A DNA stretch of 64,000 nt from Sphaerodactylus townsendi (GCF_021028975.2 NC_059430.1:31062001-31126000); one strand, 5' to 3'. Counted from the first letter of the stretch, positions 41,460 through 52,780 are shown. Made by a program: numbers and translations. The notes: generated by a model from the sequence alone, not told the origin.

Positions 41460-41935
41460 AATCTGGTCTTCACGTCCCATGGGGATAAAGAGGATCCAAT
41501 GACCCCAGGCACACCGATGGAGGGTGCAAAATTGCCCCCACTCCCCTGCTCCCCCATGCCGAACTGGGGGTCATTTGACCCCCTCTCCCCGTGGGCAGTT
41601 TGTGGTGCCCTTCCAAGCCGCCTCCTTTCCTCCCCAGGCCCTCGGGGGTGGAGCATGGAGGCAGAGGCAGCTCAGACAGGCACTGCGGTGGCAGGCTGCC
41701 ACCTGGACTATCCACTGCAGCGCCCTGTGCCCTGCCTTCCTGCAGACCAGCTTTTGTCCTCCCCAGGGCCTGGGGAGGGCAAGAGGCGACCTGCAGGGAG
41801 GCGGGAGGGGGCGGCTCAGGGGGGGCATCTCGGGAGCTGGTCTGTTGACGAGGCATTCATACGAGCCACTCCTGCCCCCGAGCGCCACCCCCAAGTGTGG
41901 GGGGGGGCATGGGGCCATGGGGGGGCCTAGAGCAG
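41460..41935. mobile_element. GC-rich unclassified repeat
   Basis: Abrupt GC-rich block with internal CCCCAGG..GGGG palindromes; ends not resolved. Confidence 0.4.
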
Positions 41936-43172
41936 GTGTTATCCTCAGGCACCATTTCCCCTCAATATGCCCCTGATGTAAATAAACAAGGTGCCATTCA
42001 TTTAGCCAGAAAAACAACCATACTCTGGTTTGTGGACCACCACTCTGATTAGAAAAGTCGCAGACATCTTCAGTTGAACTTTTCCAATGTAAAGGATTAG
42101 GTACTCTGATGCACAGAAAGATGATTGTAGGGTTGTATATTCCTCTGCCACAGAACAAAGCGTGCCAGACCTTAGTTGTTGTAGAATGCTCTGTCTGAGT
42201 CCTAGTGCCTACCTAGCCCTGCTCCTCCCATCTATTTGAAAGTAAAAATACATTTCGATATAAATGTTCTTGTATCAATGTGCATGTTTAATATGTTAAA
42301 TAATACACAGAATAATGGTTCTGACAAAGGCAACCCATAAAAATGAACAATTCTCATATTTAATCAGGACTATATTCTACTGCGGAAGCATACAATTTTC
42401 TCAATTGCTGCACCTCAACTGACCGAACGACTATATTCCTGTGGAACAGAGTAGAGGTGATGTGAAAGTCTTCTGCTGAGACCCTGGAGAGCGGCTGCCT
42501 GTGATAGATACTGACATTCATAAACTGAGAGGGTCTGATACTGTTGAAGGTGGCTTTGTGTGGCTCAGGCCTTCTTGAAACTAATGGAACCTGCCCCCCT
42601 ACTTAAGTGGCTCTTTTGCAAACAAAAGTTAGAAGTCCTTTGAAAGCCAGAAACTTTGCTTAACAGATTGGTAGATAAGGGCCAGACTGGAGAAGAGCAG
42701 TCTGTCTGTCTGTTAATCCATCCTTTACCAGTCTCTGTTCGGTAAGGTTGTCCATATTGTTACGGAGCATGACTTTTCAGATTAACTTCAATAATGACAT
42801 TTGAGCTCGCTAACTAGTTACACAGTTCCAAAGGAGGAAGTTCTTTCCTTTTCAAAAAGGAATAAATTAAATGTGTACAGATGCTGAAATATGACCATTT
42901 TTTCTTGCCGGTGGCATGCTGTTTTGTTGCTCTGAGGCATACTGAAGAGCCCAGTTCATATTCCTGCTCTACCACGAAACAGCCCTCATATTTGGCTAAT
43001 GGAGCCCACCAAGGCTAAACTGTTGCTCTGAGATCCCTGAAGAAGGATGAGATGTCATGGAACACAGAAGAAAGGACAGCCCTGGACATACCTGGGACTG
43101 TTTTGCAGTTTTGGGGTGAGGAGCGAGGCTGAAAAAGGACACAGTGTGTAACAGACTTCCCTCTGTGATACA

Positions 43173-43274
43173 CCTCTGAAGATGCCAGCCACAGATGCAG
43201 ACAAAACGTTAGGAAGTGGAACAAGATCCACCAGACCATGGCCACACAGCCTGGAAAACCCACCACAACCAACT
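43173..43274 (+). mobile_element. Penelope pLTR fragment with a decayed hammerhead
   Basis: CCTCTGAAGATGCCAGCCACAGATGCAGACAAAACGTTAGG; GAAA mutated to AAAA. Confidence 0.8.
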
Positions 43275-45683
43275 GCAAAGATAGGTTGGGGTTAGGGTTC
43301 CCAGGTGCCTACCAGTGGCAGTCAATCTCCCAGTACTTCCTGCTGCTGCTCGCTGACACTGATGTGTTCCGCAGATAGTAGCAGGCAAGCCAAAAAGGGG
43401 GGAACAATCCACACCCATATTTGATGGTGTCATTTCCGGTACGATGAGGAAGTGACCCACTTCCAAAAGCTCCTGATAGTTGCCAGGAGGGTCTTGGTGT
43501 TGGCATAGCAACCAGCACGTAACAGATCATGGTATTGGGTAGGGTGTGTATATTGACCAATAGGGTGTATGTTGACCAAAGACGTTTTCAAAACATTTCA
43601 GCCAGAGAATCATTTTTAAAAGGGGATTTATTTAAAATGTTTTGGGGCTGAAAATAAAATGTTTGGAGTTAAAAACAATGTGGAACTCCATGGAGGAAAC
43701 ATCGCATTTCTTGCCTCAAAGCATTTTAAAAGGTTTGTGGGGAAAGGGCCATTGTTTCTCTGAGTTGAGTGACAAATGGAATTTTTTTTAAAAGTACAAC
43801 TGTGTTGCTTGCACAAGAGTTGATTGGCATTTCTCACAAACATGCCTTAGTAACTGGTTAACTTGTCTAAATGATGGTATTTTAGCTTGAGAAATCAGCT
43901 TTGCCAGACAAGTTGAGTCATATATTTGCAAACTGACTGTTGCAGTCTTGCATGGATCTTTTATGGATAAATGAGTCATTTGAACTGCGCCTGCAGATTT
44001 ATCCAGTTATACTGGAGCAGGGTAGAAAAGAAAAGAAACGAAACACTGGCTTTCTGTTGACTACACAGAAATGCAGCCTTTCCAATACCAGCAGAGTTGA
44101 TGTTTACTGTCATTTTATATGCCATGATTATTATTCCCAGCAACATCTAAACAAGGCATAGGATTCCTCTTGTTCTCTTTGAACTTTCCTTCTGTTTTTA
44201 GAGAAGTTCAAAAGGACTGCATACCTCTGTGTTCTCCCCTGGTTAAAAAAAATGATGTAGACATCTGTATGTTGAAAGTGTACGGTGTCTTGTAAATGTA
44301 TACTGTAGAAAAAACAAAGCTGAATTTATAGCAATGTTACCTTTTTCCTGGTGCTGCTGTTAAATGTGTATTAGTGTTTAGCTCTGTTATAAACCCTTGT
44401 TTTCCAAGTTTTACAGTGATATTGAAGAGTTGCAATGCTAGACTTGATTTGTAATACCTTACGTGGGCGATTTACATGCAGGTTGATCCCTACTGATGTT
44501 GGTGCGGTGAATTGTGATGCCATGCACTAAAGCATTGCTTTAACAACAGCAAAAAGTGGTATAATCTCAGCAATGTAGCTATTCTTTACAGGCTTAATTG
44601 GAGTTTGGGGGCTCGTGCTGGGGAGAAGGCTTATGTAGTTTTCTCTTTTTGTATTCAACATCTTCTTCAAACTCTCTGTGCCCAACAAATAAGGTGGTAG
44701 TTAATGCGCTAAAGTAGGAAAGCTTTTTGAAATAGCTCCCGTGTGTAAAATGGAAAAGCAACCCTTCTGGAAGAAAACCAAAAAAAGCTAGGTTTGAGAG
44801 TTTTCTCTGGTATGCAACTTTTCAGATATGAATAGCTCCCTGCTTAAAAATATGATAGCCACCTCAGAAATTGTGCAAATCAGGTTTGAGTCATATCTGC
44901 CTTCAGATAGCAGTTTATCCAACATTTGCATTCTGTCCTTTGTCCAAGGAGTGTAGGCTGGAAAACATATAGTTATCTCATTTTATCTTCCAAACACCAT
45001 GTGAGAGGCATTAGTAGAAAGTAAGGGTCAGATCATATCTAGGCAACCTATATTCAAGTGTCTGGGGACTGTTTGTGAGCTACTGCCAGGCTTGAGGCCT
45101 ATGCATGCTCAGCAAAGGTGACATTATTTGTGAGAACCAGTTCCATGTGGGGTGTATTTAGGCTTCCTATTTCCCTGCCCAGGAGAAGAATTACTCTCCT
45201 CCTACCCCAATTTCCGGCCACTGAAGGACTGAGGAGAGAAAAGTGGTCTCCACATTGTGATACTCTTGGAACTTCTCCTATCTCCATGATCAAGAACATA
45301 AAATCTTGGTGGGGGGAGGTTGGTGGTGGGAGGGCTTAGCGCATCACCCAGAAGTGACATCAGGTCTTCCCGAAACACTGTTATCCCTTGGCACTTCTCC
45401 CCAAATCTCCTCAGACAGTACTGGAACCCAAGGTGTGCCAACCCATACAGTCTCTTACAATCTAACTAAACTGAAGAAAAAATGAAGAAGAGGGAAATGA
45501 TGTAAGTTGCTTTGGGTCACCATTGTGAAGAAAGAGAGGATATAAATGAAGTGAATAAATAATAAATATAGTTGAAAATGGGGAGGGGGCGGTTTGTGCA
45601 TGGGAAGGTAGGTTGGGAAGGAGAGAAAGAAGGGTCAACAGGTGACACAGGAGGGAAATTCGGCTGTGTTACTTCAGCTACAG

Positions 45684-46265
45684 CAGGGTAGGGAACCTGC
45701 GGCTCGAGAGCCGCATGCGGCTCTTCTGCCCTTGCACTGCGGCTCCACAAGCCAAACCGCCGGCCCCATCCTTGCCCGCCCTGCAGGCAGCAGGGCGGGC
45801 GCACCAACTGCCCACGGTTGGCTGGGCCGCGCCGTGGGCTTCCCCTCTCACCCGCCCCGTTGGAGCGGGGTGGGCGCTTTCCCGGCGGCTGGCAAGGCCG
45901 AGCCACCGGCTTCATCCTTGCCCGCCCTGCAGGCAGCAGGGCAGGCGCACCAATGGCCCGCGGCCGGCTGGGCCACGCCGCAGGCTTTCCCTCTCGCCCG
46001 CCCCGTTCGAACGGGGCGGGCGCTTTCCTGGCAGCCAGCGAGGCCGAGCCACTGGCCCCATCCTTGCCCGCCCTGCAGGCAGCAGGGCGGACACATCCAT
46101 GCGCTTCTCAGAATGAGCGGAGTAAAAGGTAAAAAAAAATCCCCTATATATACAGTGTTATCTTTATTTTAAATGTCAAAAATTATTTGCGGCTCCAAGT
46201 GTTTTCTTTTCCCGTGGAAAACGGGTCCAAATGGCTCTTTGAGTGTTAAAGGTTCCCTACCCCTG
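45684..46265. mobile_element. hAT (Charlie-like) non-autonomous transposon with internal GC-rich tandem repeat
   Basis: TIRs CAGGGTAGGGAACCT / AGGTTCCCTACCCCTG; 8-bp flanks AGCTACAG / TGCTACAG; CATCCTTGCCCGCCCTGCAGGCAGCAGGGC recurs three times at about 146-bp spacing. Confidence 0.92.
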
Positions 46266-49200
46266 TGCTACAGGAACTGGCCTAATATGGATCATGGTGT
46301 AGTGGTGATGAAGGAGGCTGATGTCTTTAGTCCACCCACACCAGGAGGCAGCAAATTCAAGTGCAGAAATATTATGTAGTGAAAAAGCTCCTTTCTCTAG
46401 TCCTGCAGTATCAACCCACATCCACCCTCCCTCAACCTATCTAGATTTCCAGTCACAGAACTCCATCATCATATAGTTTCACGCCTAGTAATGTCGGTTT
46501 TAGTGGGAGAGACTGAACATATGTTTAACTTGCCCATTTGTATCAGTGGAATTTTAATTCTTCTGTAGCTGGAATCTGTCACCTTTGAGGACAGTACGGT
46601 TTGGAATGTAGATTACAAAGTCCTGATAGACGTGTTTGCTGGTCTGCTCCTCTTCAGCAGGTCTTTAAAACTGAGTTTCTGAGTCAACCCAAGAGATGCT
46701 GGGAAAATAATGAATGTGTTCCCTGTACAGATTCCCTGTACAGTTTGCTGCTTTGCGATACTCTGCAATAACTCTATTAAACAGAGTGGCCCTTTTGAAT
46801 TTGTGATTATCCAGTTTATTCAGATTTCCAGTCTGCTTCATCTCCACGCTCTCATGGTGGGCGAAATGTTTTTAACCAATCAAACTACCATGCAAACTTC
46901 CATTTCTCTGAGTAGCGCTCTCCTTACTCTGTGTCTGTAGGCAAAGCATTGGAGATTTATGGTGTCTTTGTAAGAGTTCCTTTGCTTACAAATATAGAAG
47001 CAGAGGCTGAGTGGAAGTAAGATTCCTAGGGAGGGATGCTCCACCCCAGCGTGCTTCACCTTACCCTTTTCCCCTCTATCCCTCCTCTTTTTATCTCTAA
47101 ATTTAAAAACTGCAAAATTGCGGTTTCTCACATCTAATCTTCCAAGCACTCATCTTCGGTCTTACCCCTGAGGGTGAATTGCCTATTCAGGGGACCATCC
47201 ACAGCCGTTAAAGAACCATTCTTTCAAATAGGCACTTTCAAAGTAATCAGATAGCAAAGTACAACATCCCAGCAAAGAAAGAAAGAAGGAAAGAAAGAAA
47301 GAAAGAAAAAGAGAAAGAAAGAACCCAAATAGAACAAATAGAACAATACAGTCCCAGCTGTTCCTGGCTTAATACTGGCACACAACCATTGCTTAAATTT
47401 GAATATGCAAAATGTGCTCATCAAAGGTCTGAGCCTGATAGTCCTGCAGGTAAACAACTAGGCCTCATCTTTTATGATTTGATTGCTACTGGCACTTCTG
47501 AATGAGCGGATCTCAGGGCCCAGTGCTAAGAAAGACACTTTGTTGTATAGTTGCTGCTGCTCACAGCAAACAGGTCAGAACAAGGTGAACTGATGTTATA
47601 AAATGAAACATACGACCATACGTTCAGGATTCCCTATGTCCCTTCAGCCAACATTTATCTATTTATTTAAAAACATTTCTATGCCACCTTTCCACCCAGT
47701 TGTGTGTCCCCCAGGTGGCAAACATAAAAAACATCGAACACACACATACGTAAATATAAACGATATAATCTCTCTCTGTGTGTATATATAGACATACGAA
47801 GAGGTTTACGCATAAAAACACACAAACAAGGAGGAGGACTCATACAAGTTCGTGAGGGAACGCCAAGCAAAAAATAATATGTGTTTCCCAATTGGCAGAA
47901 AATAAGGTTGGAGGGAGGCAGGCTAATCTCCCAGGGGAAGGTGTTCCAAAGTTTTGGTGCGTGGACCAAGAAACCTGTAACAGCATCTTAAACAGATTAA
48001 CCTTGAAGATGCCCCAAGATACTTTGTCCATACATTATATGGTTCTTGATCACAAGACAGGCACCTAACAGGCTACACTGAAGCCAGACTCATGGAAATT
48101 CTCTAGTTGTTGATTGGCTTGTACATTTCCTAGTCCTGAGGCTTAATGGTAACTGCTTTCTAGAGAAGTGACAGAGCATTTGTTGAGCCAGGCTAGCATC
48201 TGGAAACTTTGGCATACTTAATACAATGAAGACATTCTTAATACAGTAAAATACTAAGGTTCTGTGTCTATATGTGTGTGTTCACAGGTGTGTATGAAAT
48301 ATTGAGTAATCCTAGCGAACTGAATAAGTTTTATATTTAGTCTGTGGAGAATTCAGGGGAAAAGTTAGTATAGTCTTCTGACACGGACAGTAAAACATTA
48401 TTTGGGTATAGCAAATTAAACTCTATTCTGTAGGCAGTCTTATTTCTTTATGATACCTGTCTGATAAGAGAAGAAAGTACAATAGAGGAATATTGAAGAA
48501 GCCCAGAGTGTTACATCAAAGCTATTATCTTGGGATAAACTATATTTTTTCCTCTCATTTATTTCTATGAGAATACATTAGAATCTTCATTTCCCAGGGC
48601 TGCTTGAAAAAATATAAACACCTAAGAAATATAAGTAATCTGCATAACTTTGTAAATATCTGTTTTCAGAAGCTACAGCCACCAGAAGTTGAAAGGTAAC
48701 AGATAATGAATGACTAGTTTTGGTTTATGGCCTTAAAACCAGCCATAGCCCAACTAGTGGGAATGTAATGAAACAATGAGCATTGTTCTCTCAAGAAGCT
48801 GTGAGAATTGCAAAGTAGCTTCATATCTGTGTTAAGCAATTTTATATGGGCAAATAAGTACTCAAGTTAGCATGCTGCTGGTATGAGAAGTATAATGTTG
48901 GAGGATGGGGAAGATCAAGAAAAGATCTTCCGTGAATCTCTTATTCAAGAACTTGTCCACACATGCATTTCTATCTATCTGTCTATCTCTTTGTTTACTA
49001 TGCTTTTGGTAAAGGATTATGGAATGCATGGACTATCTCCATTCAAAAGCACTGTTCACAAGGTGATCAGAAACTTTCATGTGTGATCTTTGATGGCTCA
49101 TTCACGCCTTATAAACCACTGACATTGTTTGCTGCAGTCATCAAGTGATGACTCTATGTGTGAACCAGGCCAGACATTACACTGTGCATACACACACACA

Positions 49201-49470
49201 GAGCAAATACTGAAGTAAAGTACTCCTACTCATGTTTTTTAAGACAAAAATGAGCAACTGGGATGGAATGGAATTTCTTCTTGTACCTTCCCCATTCTTT
49301 GTCAATCAATATCGTTGCAGAATCAACACCCTTAGTTGGACCTAAATGTTATAGCGGACCACATAGTTGGCTTCTAAAATACACAAAGCTTTCAACTATC
49401 AAATCCCTAACTATGTCCTAAAAGTTATATGAAACAATTTTAGATTCTACAATAATTATTTGAGCCAGTT

Positions 49471-49522
49471 TGTGAGTGTGTGTGCGCGCACGCACACACT
49501 CGCTGTCAAGTCACAGCTGATT
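49471..49522 (-). mobile_element. SINE/BovB-type 3' tail with CA/GT microsatellite, inserted in the EVE
   Basis: GTCAAGTCACAGCTGA next to a (GT)/(CA) tract; PB2-like translation on both sides. Confidence 0.6.
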
Positions 49523-49624
49523 TGGTGCAACATAAATTCTAGTCACTGATAAAATTCCTCTGATTAAATTCTGCTGATAAGTAGCTAGACATATGTTTAA
49601 CTCTCTTCCACTCAAATCAGTACT

Positions 49625-49846
49625 GTGGTGGTGAAAAGCACCATCAAGTGACATGATTCTATTGGGTTTTCAAGGCAAAAGATGTTTGGAGGTAGTTTAC
49701 CATTGCCTGCCTCCATGTAGGCTGAGAGAGTTCTGAAAGAACTGTGACTGGCCCAATGTCACCCAGCAGGCTTCATGTGGAGGACTGGGGAATAAACCCC
49801 AGTTCTCCAGGTTAGGGTCTGCTGCTCTTAACCACCACACCACACT
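49625..49846 (-). mobile_element. tRNA-derived SINE with BovB-like tail (Sauria-type), inserted in the EVE
   Basis: Minus-strand head GTGTGGTGTGGTGGTTAAGAGC and tail GGAGGCAGGCAATGGTAAAC..GCCTTGAAAACCC. Confidence 0.88.
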
Positions 49847-51551
49847 GCCACATAGTTAGGCCACTAGCTGCTCATTTATGGCATAGTAAAAAGTGTCTTG
49901 TGGATCAAGTGCATGATGTTCGATAGAATTTGGACCAGAATACATAGGACGGTTTTGGGTATCTGTGCCATTAAAACCCTCAATGATGGTTGTCCAGTCA
50001 GTAGTCTCCTACTCAGCAACCAAGACCATGGAGTCTGATTTCCACTTTACTTCTGGAGATGATCCTTCCAAAGTCATACTAACATCTGTTAATATGACTG
50101 AGTGCCAACTGGAAAGTTCAGCTCCAGAAGTAATGGGAGACTCAGAACCGTGAAGCCTACGCTACTGTTTCCTGCCTGATATTTAATCTATGACTAGCAC
50201 ATTTTTTCGAGCTGTCCATCTAGTAATAGTCCTATTAATCAGCTTTGCCATCCCAAAGTCTTCATATTGCCTAGGATATTTTCTATTAAACAGAGATAAA
50301 GAAGTGACATCGATTTCTTGCCTGTTGCCCTCTGGGCTCTTAAATCTATATCGCATGAGAGAGGATAGTTCACTCTTATCTTTTATTCATCCCTCTGCTT
50401 GCAAAACCTGTGGCTGAACTCTGGTATCTCAAGCAGCAACTATGTAAATGTTTATTGACGCAGCATTCGTTAAAGGGGGGAGAGTCGGCCCATTGGTACA
50501 GGAAATCCTTAATTCTGGCTCCTCAGGCAGACAGACTAGAAAAAAGTTTCCTTTTTGGTTTAGAGTCAGTGTGATGTTGACTGTCTTTCTTGGTTCCTCT
50601 TTTGTTGAAGATCTTCATCTGAGTTAACAGTGGAAGCCTTTCATCTTCTAACCAAATAGACGTCTCCTCTTTTGATCTGTCTACCAGTCAATTACAGAAG
50701 TCAAAGAAAATGGGTCTTCTGGATGTTTGGAGATTTAGCTTTGTAGAAATGAGTAGTACAGCCACCACAGCGACCTTCATCATGATCCTCTTGATTCTAC
50801 TGTGTTGGTAAGTAAATTCATTAGAAAATGGGAGATGTTAAGAATCTGGGTACACTGTTCAGCCAGTAAGAGCTCAGTTACTCACTGGTTACCAAAGTTA
50901 AGTTTTGGTCCTGCAGGGCAGTTGCATTTCCACTGACTTCAGTGAAACTTTACATCTGCATAACTCTGGACAGGAAGGCAATCTGAATTTTACGTAAGCT
51001 ATAAGTTGTATGTATATTATGTACACTGAATATTATGCCTTATTCTCTGAAGATGGATGCAATTTTGGGGTAAGGGGAAAATTATGAATAGTAAAAGTAC
51101 AGCTGCAAGAATGAATCTATGTGATTAACTGATTGCTCATTAAAAATACTGCAATCTTATTTTAATTTGGAGTCATCCACCATGAACGGGTTTCAGAGTT
51201 GGTGGCACCACTGTACATCTGTTGAGTCAAGTAAGGTATCTAAGATGACTTCAAGAACAGTGGGTGTTCTGTATTACTTACTTGAGAGAAACTGTTAGCT
51301 CAATTAAATACCTTGACCTGCTATAATGTTTACATCAGTTAGAAGTTGGAAAGCAAGACAGATTATCGTCTAAAATGTTTAATTGGTTAAGAGTTTCAGA
51401 TAAAGAACTCTTGTGTAGTGGAAACACATACTATAATTAACAGAAATCATGTTTTTGGTATCAGCTTAAATTGGATAATCAAAACAACCTGTTAGTAAAG
51501 AATTTCTGCCCAAATACACACACATGCAAAGAATCTCAATAGGATTGTGTT

Positions 51552-51729
51552 GGGTTGGATCCAAGAAGCTTTTCCCCAGTGGCAAAAGGATCAGAAGATC
51601 CTTTTGGCCACCAAATCAGCTGAGCAGGGAATCAGGACACCAGTGTGGCCACAAATCACATGGGACACGGGCTGCAGAAAGGAGGGGAATGAGGAAAGAT
51701 GGAGTAAAACAGCTGGCTGGATCTAGCCT
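51552..51729. mobile_element. MITE inserted in the 5' part of the EVE
   Basis: Ends GGGTTGGATCCA / TGGATCTAGCCT. Confidence 0.7.
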
Positions 51730-51839
51730 ATTATATTTGCATGGAACATGTTGCTGTAGGGCGATAGTATAAAGAGAATATAAAGGTTGATCAGACATAC
51801 CGGTATGTACCAATCTATTATTTGGGCTTTTAAGCTCAA

Positions 51840-52245
51840 ATTAACAGGCTGTAATGTTCCCAAGAACCAGCATTCCACCTAGTTGTACCTGCCCATGTCT
51901 GAGATTGTCCATAGAGGCTTGGCTATGGGACCTCACAGCCACAGAAATAAGCTTGATGGGAACTCTTCAAAGGGTCTTTTGGTGGCTACCCTTCATCTAT
52001 GGAACATATTTCCCCGGGAACTGGGTTCAGCCCTTTGCCACATGACTCAGTGTCAGCTTGACTTTTTCTTTTCTTTTGGAAGGGTTTTTGAGAGCAAGTT
52101 CCCTGGTTTTAAAATTTATGTTAAATATTTTTTTGCTGTCTTTGTGGGTTTTTTTAAAATACATTTTTGTGACAGCTAGATTTATATTTTATTAATTTGC
52201 TGGCTGCCTTGAACACTTTTCTTAAACAGGAAAGGCAGCATATAA
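51840..52245 (+). mobile_element. Old L2 3' fragment
   Basis: Degraded L2 3' motifs (AGGGTCTTTTGGTGGCT..TATGGAAC) and T-rich tail. Confidence 0.55.
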
Positions 52246-52780
52246 ATGATGTAAGCAAGCGCACAAACAAATACAGGAGGAGTTTGGAAATACCTTGCTG
52301 TAACAGAAGCAGAGTCATGCGGTCTTGTTACAGATGGATGCAGGGGTTGGGGTGATGATGATATCGGTTCTTGCAGTGTGCTGTTGTGTCATCATTGACC
52401 TATTCCAGAGAACATGGTTCCTCTTTTATTGTCTTGTATCTGCTGTCTTGGGCGGGTGGAAAGTGTTGACAGGGTTACAAGGACAAACTCGATATACCGA
52501 TGTGGGTACTTCAACAGGAAGTGATTCAATGAAAAAAGTGCTGGAAAGGAAGAGATTAATGTGCAGTACAGAGACTGTTGTAATTGGGGTGGGGGCATAG
52601 ATTTATTATTAATTATATTTCCCCTGCTCTTCCTTGAAAGCAGCATAAATAGCCTTCTCCCTCCTACTGTAATCCTCACAACGGGCAAGGTTGGAAGGAG
52701 CTCAGGATCCCTTAGTGAATCGTGTGGCTGAACCACAAGTTCACATCTTTCCACATGAATGCAAGAAGTTCCCTTTGAGC

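Larger units (their letters stand above)
49214..51836 (-). pseudogene. PB2: Endogenous viral element: near full-length orthomyxovirus (influenza/isavirus-like) polymerase PB2 segment, fragmented by later insertions
   Basis: Manual minus-strand translation gives collinear blocks: MSDQPLYSL (ATG 51798); DYPI*ADTKNMI; KSSLSETLNQLNILDDNLSCFP; IKRIMMKVAVVA; QIKRGDVYLVRR; KTVNITLTLNQKGNFFLV; SINIYIVAA; SSLMRYRFKSPEGNRQEID; VLVID*ISGR; HGSESPITSGAEL; WKSDSMVLVAE*ETTDWTTI; NRPMYSG; A*LCG; LNICL..NLIRG; GPL*HLGPTKGVDSATILID..KKK; stop 49228-49226. Order and spacing match remembered influenza A and ISAV PB2. 50600-49847 is one frame of about 250 codons with six stops and no frameshift. No database search was run. 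Confidence 0.78.

Noticed and set aside
45760-46090. Regularly spaced 30-bp repeats resembling a CRISPR array
   Set aside because: The intervening sequences are homologous to each other. This is a tandem repeat inside a eukaryotic hAT element.
48883-49148. Short ORFs next to the EVE as a second viral segment
   Set aside because: I recognise no PB1, PA, NP or glycoprotein motifs, and part is a CTAT-like low-complexity tract. A tBLASTn with the other segments would still be worth running.
49965-50417. Plus-strand ORFs 49965-50153 and 50190-50417
   Set aside because: Antisense shadows of the minus-strand viral frame; no recognisable product.
49980-50440. Local resemblance to bornavirus N (LVA.Y..TT), filovirus GP (VQPQV..EG) and arenavirus NP (SINI)
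   Set aside because: Each is one short motif with inconsistent spacing to neighbouring motifs. Only PB2 gives end-to-end order.
50690-50783. MMKVAVVAVLLIS as the signal peptide of a secreted host protein or viral glycoprotein (NIT, NRT, NGT sequons downstream)
   Set aside because: The frame continues upstream with PB2-like blocks. There is no Cys-rich ectodomain or transmembrane anchor, and PB2 collinearity explains the whole region better.
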